From the NCBI GenBank assembly GCA_964646505.1, contig CAZYEQ010000004.1:1-36232 (forward strand): a stretch of 36,232 nt of DNA, written 5' to 3'. How positions within the stretch are numbered: position 1 is the first letter of the stretch; each line of letters opens with the position of its first letter. The stretch is from an uncultured Gammaproteobacteria bacterium. Its GTDB lineage: Bacteria > Patescibacteriota > Patescibacteriia > Magasanikbacterales > UBA922. Position numbers and translations under genes: made by a program. Shown piece after piece: positions 1 through 7,149 of this stretch. A model generated the notes under the pieces. That model was not told where the DNA came from and did not search any database. It saw nothing but the letters and a program-made list of their open reading frames with translations.

Positions 1-2
1 AT

Positions 3-125
3 CGCCTTCTGCGCATGGTCAAGCGGCCGTATACCGTCCCTGGTCAGGTTGGAAACGGGCTCATCATTCCGTTCGAGGCTGGGATCGTGCTCGACTGGGA
101 CATGGAGGGTCTTGTCACGGTGTAG
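3..125 (+). CDS. C-terminal fragment of an unidentified protein entering from the left edge
   Basis: Frame 3 is open from the window edge to TAG at 123-125. It reads ...RLLRMVKRPYTVPGQVGNGLIIPFEAGIVLDWDMEGLVTV*, which has protein-like composition. GC is about 60% by hand count over 1-120, above the rest of the window. No family recognised. Confidence 0.3.
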   Translation, partial: RLLRMVKRPYTVPGQVGNGLIIPFEAGIVLDWDMEGLVTV

Positions 126-207
126 CCGGGAAGTCGTCCAAGAAACGGAGATCGACAGACAAAGGAGGTGATCATAATCATGAATGCTGATCGGTCTCGT
201 AAGAAAC

Positions 208-273
208 AAAAAACGACACCTATCAGCCTTTGTTCTGAAAAAGTATTCAGAGTAAAGGTTGGTGTCGTTTTTT
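208..273. terminator. Long two-tier hairpin, likely a bidirectional intrinsic terminator downstream of clpP
   Basis: AAAAAACGACACC (208-220) pairs with GGTGTCGTTTTTT (261-273). Inner arms 227-239 and 246-258 pair with two G-U wobbles. The A-run and T-run arms give a U-tract on either strand. It lies 10 nt past the clpP stop (284-286, minus strand). Confidence 0.6.
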
Positions 274-283
274 ATTTTCTCCT

Positions 284-877
284 TTATTGTGGTGAAGATA
301 CGATTTTATCAATGAGGCCGTATTTCTTTGCCGCTTCAGCGTCAAGAAAGTTGTCACGGTCTGTGTCTTTTTCAATCGTTTTAATATTTTGTCCGGTGTG
401 ATTGGCTAAAATTGAATTTAATTTTTCTTTCATTTTGAGAATTCGTTCGGCGTGAATTTTGATGTCGCTGGCCTGGCCCTGTGTACCACCCATTACTTGA
501 TGAATCATGACTTCGCTATTGGGAAGTGCAAAGCGTTTTCCTGGCTCACCAGCAGCCAAAAGCACCGATGCCATGCTCGCCGCCATACCTACACAAATGG
601 TTGACACGTCGGATTTAATAAATTGCATGGTGTCGTAAATCGCCATACCAGCGGTGACTGATCCACCCGGAGAGTTGATATAGAGTTTAATATCTTTTTC
701 TTGATCTTGATTATCTAAAAAAAGAAGTTGCGCGATAATCGCGTTCGCCACGCCATCATCAATTTCTGTGCCTAAAAAAATAATGCGATCTTTGAGTAAG
801 CGTGAGTAAATGTCGTAGGCGCGCTCACCCATGTTGGTTTTTTCAATGACAGTTGGAATAAGGTAATTGTTGTTCAT
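284..877 (-). CDS. clpP: ATP-dependent Clp protease proteolytic subunit ClpP (197 aa)
   Basis: Full-length ClpP-like sequence with [18 protein letters not shown], the catalytic-Ser context GMAASMAS, the His context MIHQ, and [22 protein letters not shown] at the C-terminus. Confidence 0.95.
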   Translation of the reverse strand: MNNNYLIPTVIEKTNMGERAYDIYSRLLKDRIIFLGTEIDDGVANAIIAQLLFLDNQDQEKDIKLYINSPGGSVTAGMAIYDTMQFIKSDVSTICVGMAASMASVLLAAGEPGKRFALPNSEVMIHQVMGGTQGQASDIKIHAERILKMKEKLNSILANHTGQNIKTIEKDTDRDNFLDAEAAKKYGLIDKIVSSPQ

Positions 878-929
878 ACAAAAGATTATACATCTAAGCC
901 TATCAGAGCATATTGCTCTTGTAAAGAAA

Positions 930-1934
930 TTATTGGTTTGCGAATTCTGCTACTACTGCGCCATTTCCCCGTATTCCCGCCATAATTTTTTCCCTCACAC
1001 TTTCAATAGTACCTTCGGTAACAAACCCGGCGGCTTTTTTGTGACCTCCACCGCCAAACAGTCCAGCCCAAAGAGATACATCGACGTCATCGTGGGTCGT
1101 GCGAAAACTTGCTTTGACTTTGCCACCCTCAAGTTCGCGCAATACAAGGGACGCTTTCCCATCACCAAGAACGTTTAATAAGTTTGCAATACCCTCGGTA
1201 TCTTTGTCGGTCGCGCCATGCGCAGCGAGATCGTCGAGGGTAATAAAGGTGTGTACAAGGTTTAGTTCATCGTGTTTATCAAGGCGACCAAGCACTGTAC
1301 CCCATAATTTGAGAGCGTGCATGGTTTTATCTTGGAAGAGTGCTTTACGAACCATGTGTATGTCTCCGCCGGCGTGAATGAGTTCTCCCGCAATGACAAG
1401 CGAACGGTCGGTAGTGCCTGCGTTTGTAAAATTATTGGTGTCATACATAAGGCCGGTCAAAAGACAGGTAGCAATGTCGCGTCGAATGACCACGTTATTT
1501 TCTCGCAAAAAGGTATACAACACTTCGCTCGTAGAGCTTGCTTTCGGATAGACTAAGTTTATGTCACCAAAAAATGTGTTCGAAATATGATGGTCGATAT
1601 TTGCCACAAGAGGTTTGTAGGGAAGTGCGTCAATGTGTGTTTGTATGCCAGCGTAGGTGAGGTCGCCAGAATCAAAGACAATGATAAGGTCAAATTTTTC
1701 TTCATGCCATATGGCAGGGTCAGTCACCATGTAGTCGGCATGGGGAAGATAGCGGAGGCGTTCAGAAATAGGGGTCGGGCAAAACGCCATGTGCGGTTTT
1801 TGGAGTTCACGAAGCCATTGCATAAACGCCCCGACCGAGCCCAAAGCATCCCCATCTGGGTGTTGGTGGGGCACAAGGAGGATGTGTTTGGCGCGCATGA
1901 TTTCGTCATGGAGACGCCTTGCTGAATAGTCCAT
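930..1934 (-). CDS. nrnA: DHH/DHHA1-family phosphoesterase, NrnA-like oligoribonuclease/pAp phosphatase (334 aa)
   Basis: Motifs [21 protein letters not shown] and the DHHA1 motif [11 protein letters not shown]. The ORF track extends to 2273, but that extension overlaps smc and its promoter. ATG at 1934 ([23 protein letters not shown]...) gives a canonical N-terminus. Confidence 0.8.
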   Translation of the reverse strand: MDYSARRLHDEIMRAKHILLVPHQHPDGDALGSVGAFMQWLRELQKPHMAFCPTPISERLRYLPHADYMVTDPAIWHEEKFDLIIVFDSGDLTYAGIQTHIDALPYKPLVANIDHHISNTFFGDINLVYPKASSTSEVLYTFLRENNVVIRRDIATCLLTGLMYDTNNFTNAGTTDRSLVIAGELIHAGGDIHMVRKALFQDKTMHALKLWGTVLGRLDKHDELNLVHTFITLDDLAAHGATDKDTEGIANLLNVLGDGKASLVLRELEGGKVKASFRTTHDDVDVSLWAGLFGGGGHKKAAGFVTEGTIESVREKIMAGIRGNGAVVAEFANQ

Positions 1935-1964
1935 ATATAAAGGGAACTGGCGAATATACGCTAC

Positions 1965-1994
1965 TTGTCGCTTTTTGTCAAGCCATGCTATACT
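1965..1994 (+). promoter_or_regulatory. Putative sigma70-type promoter of smc with extended -10
   Basis: TTGTCG (1965-1970), 18-nt spacer, TGcTATACT (1986-1994). The -10 ends 10 nt before the smc ATG at 2005, implying a near-leaderless mRNA. Confidence 0.45.
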
Positions 1995-2004
1995 TCTTTT
2001 CATT

Positions 2005-5000
2005 ATGTACCTAAAGTCCCTCGACATACAAGGGTTTAAGTCGTTTGCAAACAAAACGACCGTGACCTTTTTGCCGGCTGTTGATGGGCGACATAGTATT
2101 ACCGCTGTCGTTGGGCCAAATGGCTCGGGAAAGTCGAATATTGCCGACGCTATTCGGTGGGTGATGGGCGAGCAACGCATGAAAACCCTCCGCGGCAAAA
2201 AAAGCGATGATATTATTTTTTCTGGGTCAGAAACTCGCGGACAACTGAGCCTGGCGAGTGTGAGTTTAACCATTGATAACGCTGATCACGCGTTGCCTAT
2301 TGAGTACGACGAGCTTGTGATTACGCGTCGTATTTATCGTACGGGTGAAAGTGAGTACCTTATTAATGAGTCGCCTGTGCGTCTTCTTGATGTACAGCTT
2401 CTTTTGGCAAAAGCCCAGTTTGGGCAGGGGTCATATAGTATTGTGGGGCAGGGGATGATTGACCGCATGTTACTCCAAACTCCAGCCGAACGAAAAACAT
2501 TTTTTGATGAAGCATCTGGTATTAAGGAGTTGCAAATTAAGCGTCATCAGGCCGCGCTTAAATTAGCGCGCACGAGCGAAAACATGCATCAGGCCAATTT
2601 GCTTTTGGCTGAAGTAGAGCCACGCTTAAAAACCCTCACGCGACAAATGAAAAAATTGGAGGAACGAAAAATGGTGGAGGAAGAGCTTCGTCGCGCGCAA
2701 GAAACCTATTATTCCACCCTGTGGAAAGAGTACGATGATAAACGCGGTGATTTACATATAGAGGTGACGCGCCTCGACGATATGATTGCTGTGGCCGAGA
2801 AACGGTTGCTTGAGGTGCAGACCGAATTAGCTCGGCTTGCCAATGCTGGTTCACGGCAAGAGGTGTACCGTGCTTTGCAAAAAGAATACGAGGTGGCGTC
2901 TGACACGGTGAACACGTTAGAGCGTGATCGCGCGCAGTTGTCGGGAAAGTTGCAAACCGAATACGCGGAAGCCGGACAGCAAACCGTTGGGTGGCTTGAG
3001 CAAAACATGACAACCGCCAAAGCTGAGGTGGAACGTATCGCGCATGAATTGTCGGCTCTTGAAACCGTAGCGCACGCGGCTGCTGATGAATTGGAAACAC
3101 TGCAGGTCGAACATCGCGCGCTTTTGCTTGAACGCACCGAAGTGTTGTCACATATTGCCAAGGTAGAAGAACGTGCTAGAAACGCGCGCCACGAACAACA
3201 GCTGTTTCAAGCGATTGGACTAAAAGCAGTGCAGGCTATTTTAGAATCTCGCGGTCAGTTTGGAACCGTGTTCGGTGCTGTGGCCCAGCTTGGTACGGCC
3301 GAGCAAACGTTTCAGCTCGCGCTTGATGTGGCGGCTGGCGCGCACCTGTCGTCTTTAGTAGTGGCCGATGAAGAGGTAGCCGAACGTTGCATTTCTTTTT
3401 TGCGTCGTGAAGAACTTGGTACCGCTACGTTTTTACCGCTCACCCGTATTCGTCCGCGAAATGGCGATGTCTCTGAGTATTTGTTACACGCCCAAGGCGT
3501 GCAAGGTCGTGCGATTGATTTGGTGACGTTCGAAAAACGGTTTGAGCCAGTATTTTCATTTGTATTTGGGAATACGATTGTTGTTGATACCATGCCAACC
3601 GCGCGCAGCATTGGTCTTGGGCAAACGCGCATGGTGACCTTAGAGGGTGATTTGTTTGAAATGAATGGAAGCATTAAAGGTGGGTTTCGTCGGCGTCGAC
3701 AGGAGGGGCTTAGTTTTGGTAATCGCTCCATTGCTATAGGTGAAGACGACGGAGTGAGCGAACGTGATGTGTCATCACTGCATCAACGCCGAGCCGACAT
3801 TGACAGGCGTCTTGAAACACTTCAAGTTGAACTACGTGGACGTGAATCATCGCAGGTTGCGGCAGAAACAAAAGTCACGTTTCTCTCGGAACAGAAACAC
3901 AGTGTTGAGCGTGAGCTCGGTCGTTTAGAACAAGAGCGCGCGCTTCTCGCCATGAGTCCAGAAGAATATACGACCGCACTTAAAGCGCTTGAAAAAGAAC
4001 GTGACGAACTTGATGAAACACTTGAAACGGCAAAACAAGCTCAACAAGAAGCGAGTGCTCGTATGGCTTCTTTTAATGAAGAAGAAGAATTGAAGAAGCG
4101 TCAGGTGTTTGCGCTCCAAGACACGATGCAAAAAGAACAAACAGCACTAAATGGGCTCGTTGATAACCGAAATGGTAAAAAAATTGAACTGGCGAAGTGT
4201 GACACGAAATGTGAAGATGTGAGTAATGAAGTGTATCAAGAATTACACGAGTCGGTTGCCGCTATGCGCGCACGCGATATTCCGGTGGTGTCTGCGGCCG
4301 AGCTTGAGCAGGTGCAGGTGGAGATTCAAAAATTGAAGTACAAGCTAACGCTTATCGGTGGCATTGACGAGGATGTGATTCGTGAACACACAGAAACCAA
4401 AGAGCGCTATGACGCGCTTTCCGCGGAGCTTGCTGACCTCACCAAAGCGTTTGGTGATTTGACGAGCATGACCAAAGAGCTCGACGAGGTGATGAAAAAG
4501 CGTCGTGACAAGGCATTTCGTAGAATAAAAAAAGAGTTTTCACGATACTTTGAAGTTTTGTTTGAGGGTGGTAAAGCAGATTTGGTCGAAATATATGGGC
4601 CGGCAGAATCGGAGGCAAAAATTGAAAGTGGGGAAGATGAGTTTGGTCTTGAAGAAGGTGGTGTTCTTGAAAAAGAACCTGAAACGAAAAAAGAAGAGGT
4701 GCTTGTTGGTATTGAAGTGGTCGCGAGTCCGCCTGGAAAAAAGATTAAAGAACTCGCGTCGCTGTCTGGCGGGGAGCGCACCATGACCTCAATTGCTCTT
4801 ATTTGTGCCATTTTAAAAACAAACCCATCGCCATTTGTACTGCTTGATGAGGTGGAGGCGGCGCTTGACGAGGCCAATACGCTTCGTTTTACCGCGATTT
4901 TGAAAGAATTGGCTACCTCGTCGCAATTTATTTTGATCACCCATAACCGCACTACCATGCATGCCACCGATGCCCTGTACGGGGTGACCATGGGCAATGA

Positions 5001-5037
5001 CGGTATAAGTCAGCTCGTGAGTGTGAAATTGGGGTAA
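2005..5037 (+). CDS. smc: Chromosome segregation ATPase SMC (1010 aa)
   Basis: N-terminus MYLKSLDIQGFKSF...GPNGSGKSN (Walker A). Long Glu/Leu/Arg-rich coiled coils. A hinge-like segment GTVFGAVAQLGT...ALDVAAGAHLSSLVV. Signature LSGGERTMTSIAL and Walker B FVLLDEVEAALD. Start taken at 2005, not 1975, because SMC proteins begin M-x-L-K-x-L. Confidence 0.93.
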   Translation: MYLKSLDIQGFKSFANKTTVTFLPAVDGRHSITAVVGPNGSGKSNIADAIRWVMGEQRMKTLRGKKSDDIIFSGSETRGQLSLASVSLTIDNADHALPIEYDELVITRRIYRTGESEYLINESPVRLLDVQLLLAKAQFGQGSYSIVGQGMIDRMLLQTPAERKTFFDEASGIKELQIKRHQAALKLARTSENMHQANLLLAEVEPRLKTLTRQMKKLEERKMVEEELRRAQETYYSTLWKEYDDKRGDLHIEVTRLDDMIAVAEKRLLEVQTELARLANAGSRQEVYRALQKEYEVASDTVNTLERDRAQLSGKLQTEYAEAGQQTVGWLEQNMTTAKAEVERIAHELSALETVAHAAADELETLQVEHRALLLERTEVLSHIAKVEERARNARHEQQLFQAIGLKAVQAILESRGQFGTVFGAVAQLGTAEQTFQLALDVAAGAHLSSLVVADEEVAERCISFLRREELGTATFLPLTRIRPRNGDVSEYLLHAQGVQGRAIDLVTFEKRFEPVFSFVFGNTIVVDTMPTARSIGLGQTRMVTLEGDLFEMNGSIKGGFRRRRQEGLSFGNRSIAIGEDDGVSERDVSSLHQRRADIDRRLETLQVELRGRESSQVAAETKVTFLSEQKHSVERELGRLEQERALLAMSPEEYTTALKALEKERDELDETLETAKQAQQEASARMASFNEEEELKKRQVFALQDTMQKEQTALNGLVDNRNGKKIELAKCDTKCEDVSNEVYQELHESVAAMRARDIPVVSAAELEQVQVEIQKLKYKLTLIGGIDEDVIREHTETKERYDALSAELADLTKAFGDLTSMTKELDEVMKKRRDKAFRRIKKEFSRYFEVLFEGGKADLVEIYGPAESEAKIESGEDEFGLEEGGVLEKEPETKKEEVLVGIEVVASPPGKKIKELASLSGGERTMTSIALICAILKTNPSPFVLLDEVEAALDEANTLRFTAILKELATSSQFILITHNRTTMHATDALYGVTMGNDGISQLVSVKLG

Positions 5038-5086
5038 TGCGCGAAACCCCTATTCGTTTTCAGTCTTTTCTTCTCGTTGGCGGGTC

Positions 5087-5115
5087 TTGACGAGGTATGT
5101 TTTTTGTGCTATACT
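5087..5115 (+). promoter_or_regulatory. Putative promoter of rpsP
   Basis: TTGACG (5087-5092), 17-nt spacer, TGcTATACT (5107-5115). Confidence 0.55.
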
Positions 5116-5172
5116 ACGCACACTCTCACAAATTCCGTCGTTTTATTTATTTGTTAAGTTCATGTACGGTTT

Positions 5173-5502
5173 ATGCTCATGATTCGCTTGCAGCGTGTCG
5201 GAAAAACAAAATCACCATCATACCGTGTGATCGTATCAGACAAACGTCGTGATACGCATGGTCGGTATTTGGAACTCCTTGGTCAATTTTATCCTTTGGT
5301 AAAAGATGAAGAAAAACAGCTTGTGATTGACGCGGAGCGTTTAAAACACTGGCTTGGTCTTGGTGCGCAGGCATCAGTAACGCTTGAAAACAAGCTTGTG
5401 AAAGCAGGTCTCATGAAAGCACCTGAAAAGAAGCGCAAGTCTGTGGCTATTTCACAGCGTCGCCAGGTTAAACTTGACGCAAAAAAGCCAAAAGCTGAGT
5501 AA
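5173..5502 (+). CDS. rpsP: 30S ribosomal protein S16 with basic C-terminal tail
   Basis: M(LM)IRLQRVGKTKSPSYRVIVSDKRRDTHGRYLELLGQFYPL matches the S16 N-terminal consensus. The true start may be ATG at 5179. Confidence 0.9.
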   Translation: MLMIRLQRVGKTKSPSYRVIVSDKRRDTHGRYLELLGQFYPLVKDEEKQLVIDAERLKHWLGLGAQASVTLENKLVKAGLMKAPEKKRKSVAISQRRQVKLDAKKPKAE

Positions 5503-5506
5503 TGCG

Positions 5507-5536
5507 TTGACAGCCCCAAGGGGTGCTTGGTATACT
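5507..5536 (+). promoter_or_regulatory. Putative internal promoter upstream of the KH-domain gene
   Basis: TTGACA (5507-5512), 18-nt spacer, TGgTATACT (5528-5536). Confidence 0.45.
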
Positions 5537-5582
5537 TTTTTCAGTTCTTTTTGAACCTAATTTATTTCTGTAGTGAATTTCT

Positions 5583-5927
5583 ATGGATTCAGATGCACAG
5601 TTTGTTGACTTCGTCATCAAGGCGATTGTGAACAATCCGAATGATGTGAAAACCACACGTACGGTGGATGAACGTGGAGTGTTAATTACGCTCGACGTAA
5701 ATCCAAGCGATATGGGGTATGTGATTGGTCGTCAGGGGCAAACCGCTCGTGCCGTCCGCACCCTTCTTCGCGTGGTGGGCGCGAAAAATAACGCTCGCGT
5801 AAACCTCAAAATCAATGAACCAGCGGGTGGCCGTGGTCCAATGCACCACGATGCGCCAATGGCTCAGGCATCATCAAGTTATAACGATGATATTGATACA
5901 AGCGCGGTTGAAAATTTGAACATCTAA
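5583..5927 (+). CDS. KH-domain RNA-binding protein (YlqC/UPF0109-like) with acidic/Ser-rich tail
   Basis: VDFVIKAIVNNPNDVKT...VIGRQGQTARAVRTLL contains the KH GxxG motif. It occupies the conserved position just after rpsP. Confidence 0.8.
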   Translation: MDSDAQFVDFVIKAIVNNPNDVKTTRTVDERGVLITLDVNPSDMGYVIGRQGQTARAVRTLLRVVGAKNNARVNLKINEPAGGRGPMHHDAPMAQASSSYNDDIDTSAVENLNI

Positions 5928-5938
5928 TTGCTTCAAAG

Positions 5939-5964
5939 AAAAACACCCCGTACGGGGTGTTTTT
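5939..5964 (+). terminator. Intrinsic terminator after the KH-domain gene
   Basis: AAAAACACCCC / GGGGTGTTTTT stem with GTAC loop, followed by a T-run. Confidence 0.7.
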
Positions 5965-5967
5965 GTA

Positions 5968-5996
5968 TTGACAGATCATTTGGGGTGGGGTATACT
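5968..5996 (+). promoter_or_regulatory. Putative promoter of the tRNA-Val/tRNA-Ile unit
   Basis: TTGACA (5968-5973), 17-nt spacer, TATACT (5991-5996), 30 nt upstream of tRNA-Val. Confidence 0.6.
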
Positions 5997-6026
5997 CCTT
6001 TTGCGTTTTATGCGCGAGAAAGAGAA

Positions 6027-6100
6027 GGGTTCGTAGCTCAGTTGGTTAGAGCGCCACATTGACATTGTGGAGGTCAGAAGTTCGACTCTTCTCGGACCCA
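6027..6100 (+). tRNA. tRNA-Val, anticodon GAC
   Basis: Hand-folded cloverleaf. Acceptor GGGTTCG/CGGACCC, D stem GCTC/GAGC, anticodon stem CCACA/TGTGG with loop TTGACAT, T arm AGAAG-TTCGACT-CTTCT, discriminator A. CCA is not encoded. Confidence 0.93.
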
Positions 6101-6106
6101 CCGTAT

Positions 6107-6180
6107 GGGCGTGTAGCTCAGTTGGTTAGAGCGTTACACTGATAATGTAAAGGTCGATGGTTCGACTCCATCCACGCCCA
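6107..6180 (+). tRNA. tRNA-Ile, anticodon GAU
   Basis: Acceptor GGGCGTG/CACGCCC, D stem GCTC/GAGC, anticodon stem TTACA/TGTAA with loop CTGATAA, T arm GATGG-TTCGACT-CCATC, discriminator A. CCA is not encoded. Confidence 0.93.
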
Positions 6181-6184
6181 CAAA
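6167..6184 (+). repeat. Direct repeat copy 1 (TCCATCCACGCCCACAAA), the 3' end of tRNA-Ile plus 4 nt
   Basis: An identical 18-mer recurs at 6353-6370. Confidence 0.9.
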
Positions 6185-6222
6185 TACCAAAGACATCCCA
6201 AATGGGATGTCTTTGGTATTTG
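6181..6222. repeat. Perfect 20-nt inverted repeat (42-nt palindrome) abutting the tRNA-Ile 3' end
   Basis: CAAATACCAAAGACATCCCA (6181-6200), 2-nt gap, TGGGATGTCTTTGGTATTTG (6203-6222). The arms are exact reverse complements. There is no clear U-tract afterwards. Confidence 0.85.
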
Positions 6223-6224
6223 TA

Positions 6225-6366
6225 TATGGGACTGGATAGAGTCGAACAGGGGAGGGTTTGGGAACCGGTAGGTTCCCGCCTTGGCTGGGGGATGGTTGGG
6301 AAGGGGTGGAAACCCTTTCCCAAAGCGAGGCGAAGCCGGTGCGTGTGAGATTTCCATCCACGCCCA
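6225..6366 (+). other. Candidate structured RNA or decayed element closed by a tRNA-top-half-like helix
   Basis: The 5' end TGGGACTGGATAGAG can pair with the 3' end TTCCATCCACGCCCA (12 of 15 positions). The 3' strand is the T-stem plus acceptor strand of tRNA-Ile. Internal hairpins are GGGAACC-GGTA-GGTTCCC (6259-6276) and TTGGGAAGGGG-TGGAAA-CCCTTTCCCAA (6296-6323). The region is G-rich. No convincing coding potential. Confidence 0.3.
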
Positions 6367-6370
6367 CAAA
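6353..6370 (+). repeat. Direct repeat copy 2 (TCCATCCACGCCCACAAA)
   Basis: Identical to 6167-6184. GATGGTT at 6291-6297 also matches tRNA-Ile 6156-6162. The copy therefore looks like a T arm plus acceptor strand with 55 nt replacing CGAC of the T loop. Confidence 0.9.
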
Positions 6371-6371
6371 A

Positions 6372-6405
6372 AAATATGCCTACACGTAGGTATATTTTTG
6401 TTTTT
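6372..6405 (+). terminator. Intrinsic terminator closing the tRNA region
   Basis: AAATATGCCTA / TAGGTATATTT stem (one G-U pair) followed by TTTTTGTTTTT. Confidence 0.7.
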
Positions 6406-6413
6406 GACCATGG

Positions 6414-6442
6414 TTGACAACACGCATTTTTTCCCGTATACT
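6414..6442 (+). promoter_or_regulatory. Putative promoter of lepB-hisS
   Basis: TTGACA (6414-6419), 17-nt spacer, TATACT (6437-6442). Confidence 0.55.
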
Positions 6443-6471
6443 ACATCTACATTTTTCTAAGTTCCTTTTTT

Positions 6472-7140
6472 GTGATTACTGAAAATATCCCTAACAATGA
6501 GTCTGACAATAAAGGGGCGCAGGTCGGGTCACGTTCATTCGTTGCCGCACTCGGTCTTTTTTTTCTAGAAGTGATTAAAATGGTGGTTTTAGCTGGCGTC
6601 ACCATCGCGCTTGTTCGAACATTTTTATTTAAACCCTTTTATGTAAAGGGGAAATCAATGGAGCCAACGTTTCATGAAAATGAATATCTTATCATTGATA
6701 AATTAACATATCGATTGCGTGCTCTTGAGCATGAGCCACAGGTAGAGCGTGGTGAGGTTGTGGTGATCGTATCACCGGTGAATCCAAGTGAACATTATTT
6801 AAAACGAATTATTGGTTTGCCAGGCGAACGCGTGACGATTCGTAATGGTCAGATTATCATTTATAATACTGAACACGCGCAAGGTTTTGTTCTCAATGAA
6901 TCGTACCTGGTTGAGCCGACACCAAATGCCGAAAAAAGTGTCCTTCTTGGCGAAAGTGAGTATTTCGTGATGGGTGATAATAGAGACGAAAGCTTTGATT
7001 CACGTGGATTTGGCCCTATCACTTTCGATGGCATTGTTGGTCGAGCTTGGTTTCGGGGGTGGCCGCTTTCACGCACGGGTATTTTTAAAACACCAACATA
7101 TCCTAATGATACTGACGTTCAACCGTCGGTATCAGAATAG
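6472..7140 (+). CDS. lepB: Signal peptidase I (S26 family, 222 aa)
   Basis: N-terminal TM segment. Catalytic Ser box GKSMEPTF, Lys box YLKRIIGLPGERV, and GDNRDESFDSRGFGPI. GTG start at 6472, the only in-frame start upstream of the TM helix. Confidence 0.9.
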   Translation: MITENIPNNESDNKGAQVGSRSFVAALGLFFLEVIKMVVLAGVTIALVRTFLFKPFYVKGKSMEPTFHENEYLIIDKLTYRLRALEHEPQVERGEVVVIVSPVNPSEHYLKRIIGLPGERVTIRNGQIIIYNTEHAQGFVLNESYLVEPTPNAEKSVLLGESEYFVMGDNRDESFDSRGFGPITFDGIVGRAWFRGWPLSRTGIFKTPTYPNDTDVQPSVSE

Positions 7141-7149
7141 CTATTATTT

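Noticed and set aside
168-401. 77-aa plus-strand ORF preceded by a strong AGGAGG
   Set aside because: It runs straight through the 208-273 terminator hairpin and 118 nt antisense into clpP. The sequence is low-complexity and non-protein-like. It is probably a chance ORF.
1935-2273. N-terminal 113-aa extension of the DHH phosphoesterase ORF in the ORF track (start at 2273)
   Set aside because: The extension overlaps the smc coding start and promoter on the opposite strand. The DHH family N-terminus aligns naturally from the ATG at 1934.
6225-6366. Possible third tRNA or a tmRNA. The 5' GGGACTGGATAGAGTCGAAC loosely recalls the tmRNA 5' end, and the 3' end is tRNA-like.
   Set aside because: No D arm or anticodon arm can be folded. 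The acceptor helix has two central mismatches and no G3-U70 pair. It is far too short for a tmRNA, and no tag ORF ending in a hydrophobic-Ala-Ala motif is present. GAGTCGAAC is better explained as an inverted T-loop fragment.
6118-6423. Several 63-101-aa ORFs on both strands across the tRNA-Ile / repeat region
   Set aside because: They overlap tRNA genes and hairpins. Their repeated WAWME peptide merely reflects the 18-nt direct repeat. No coding signal.
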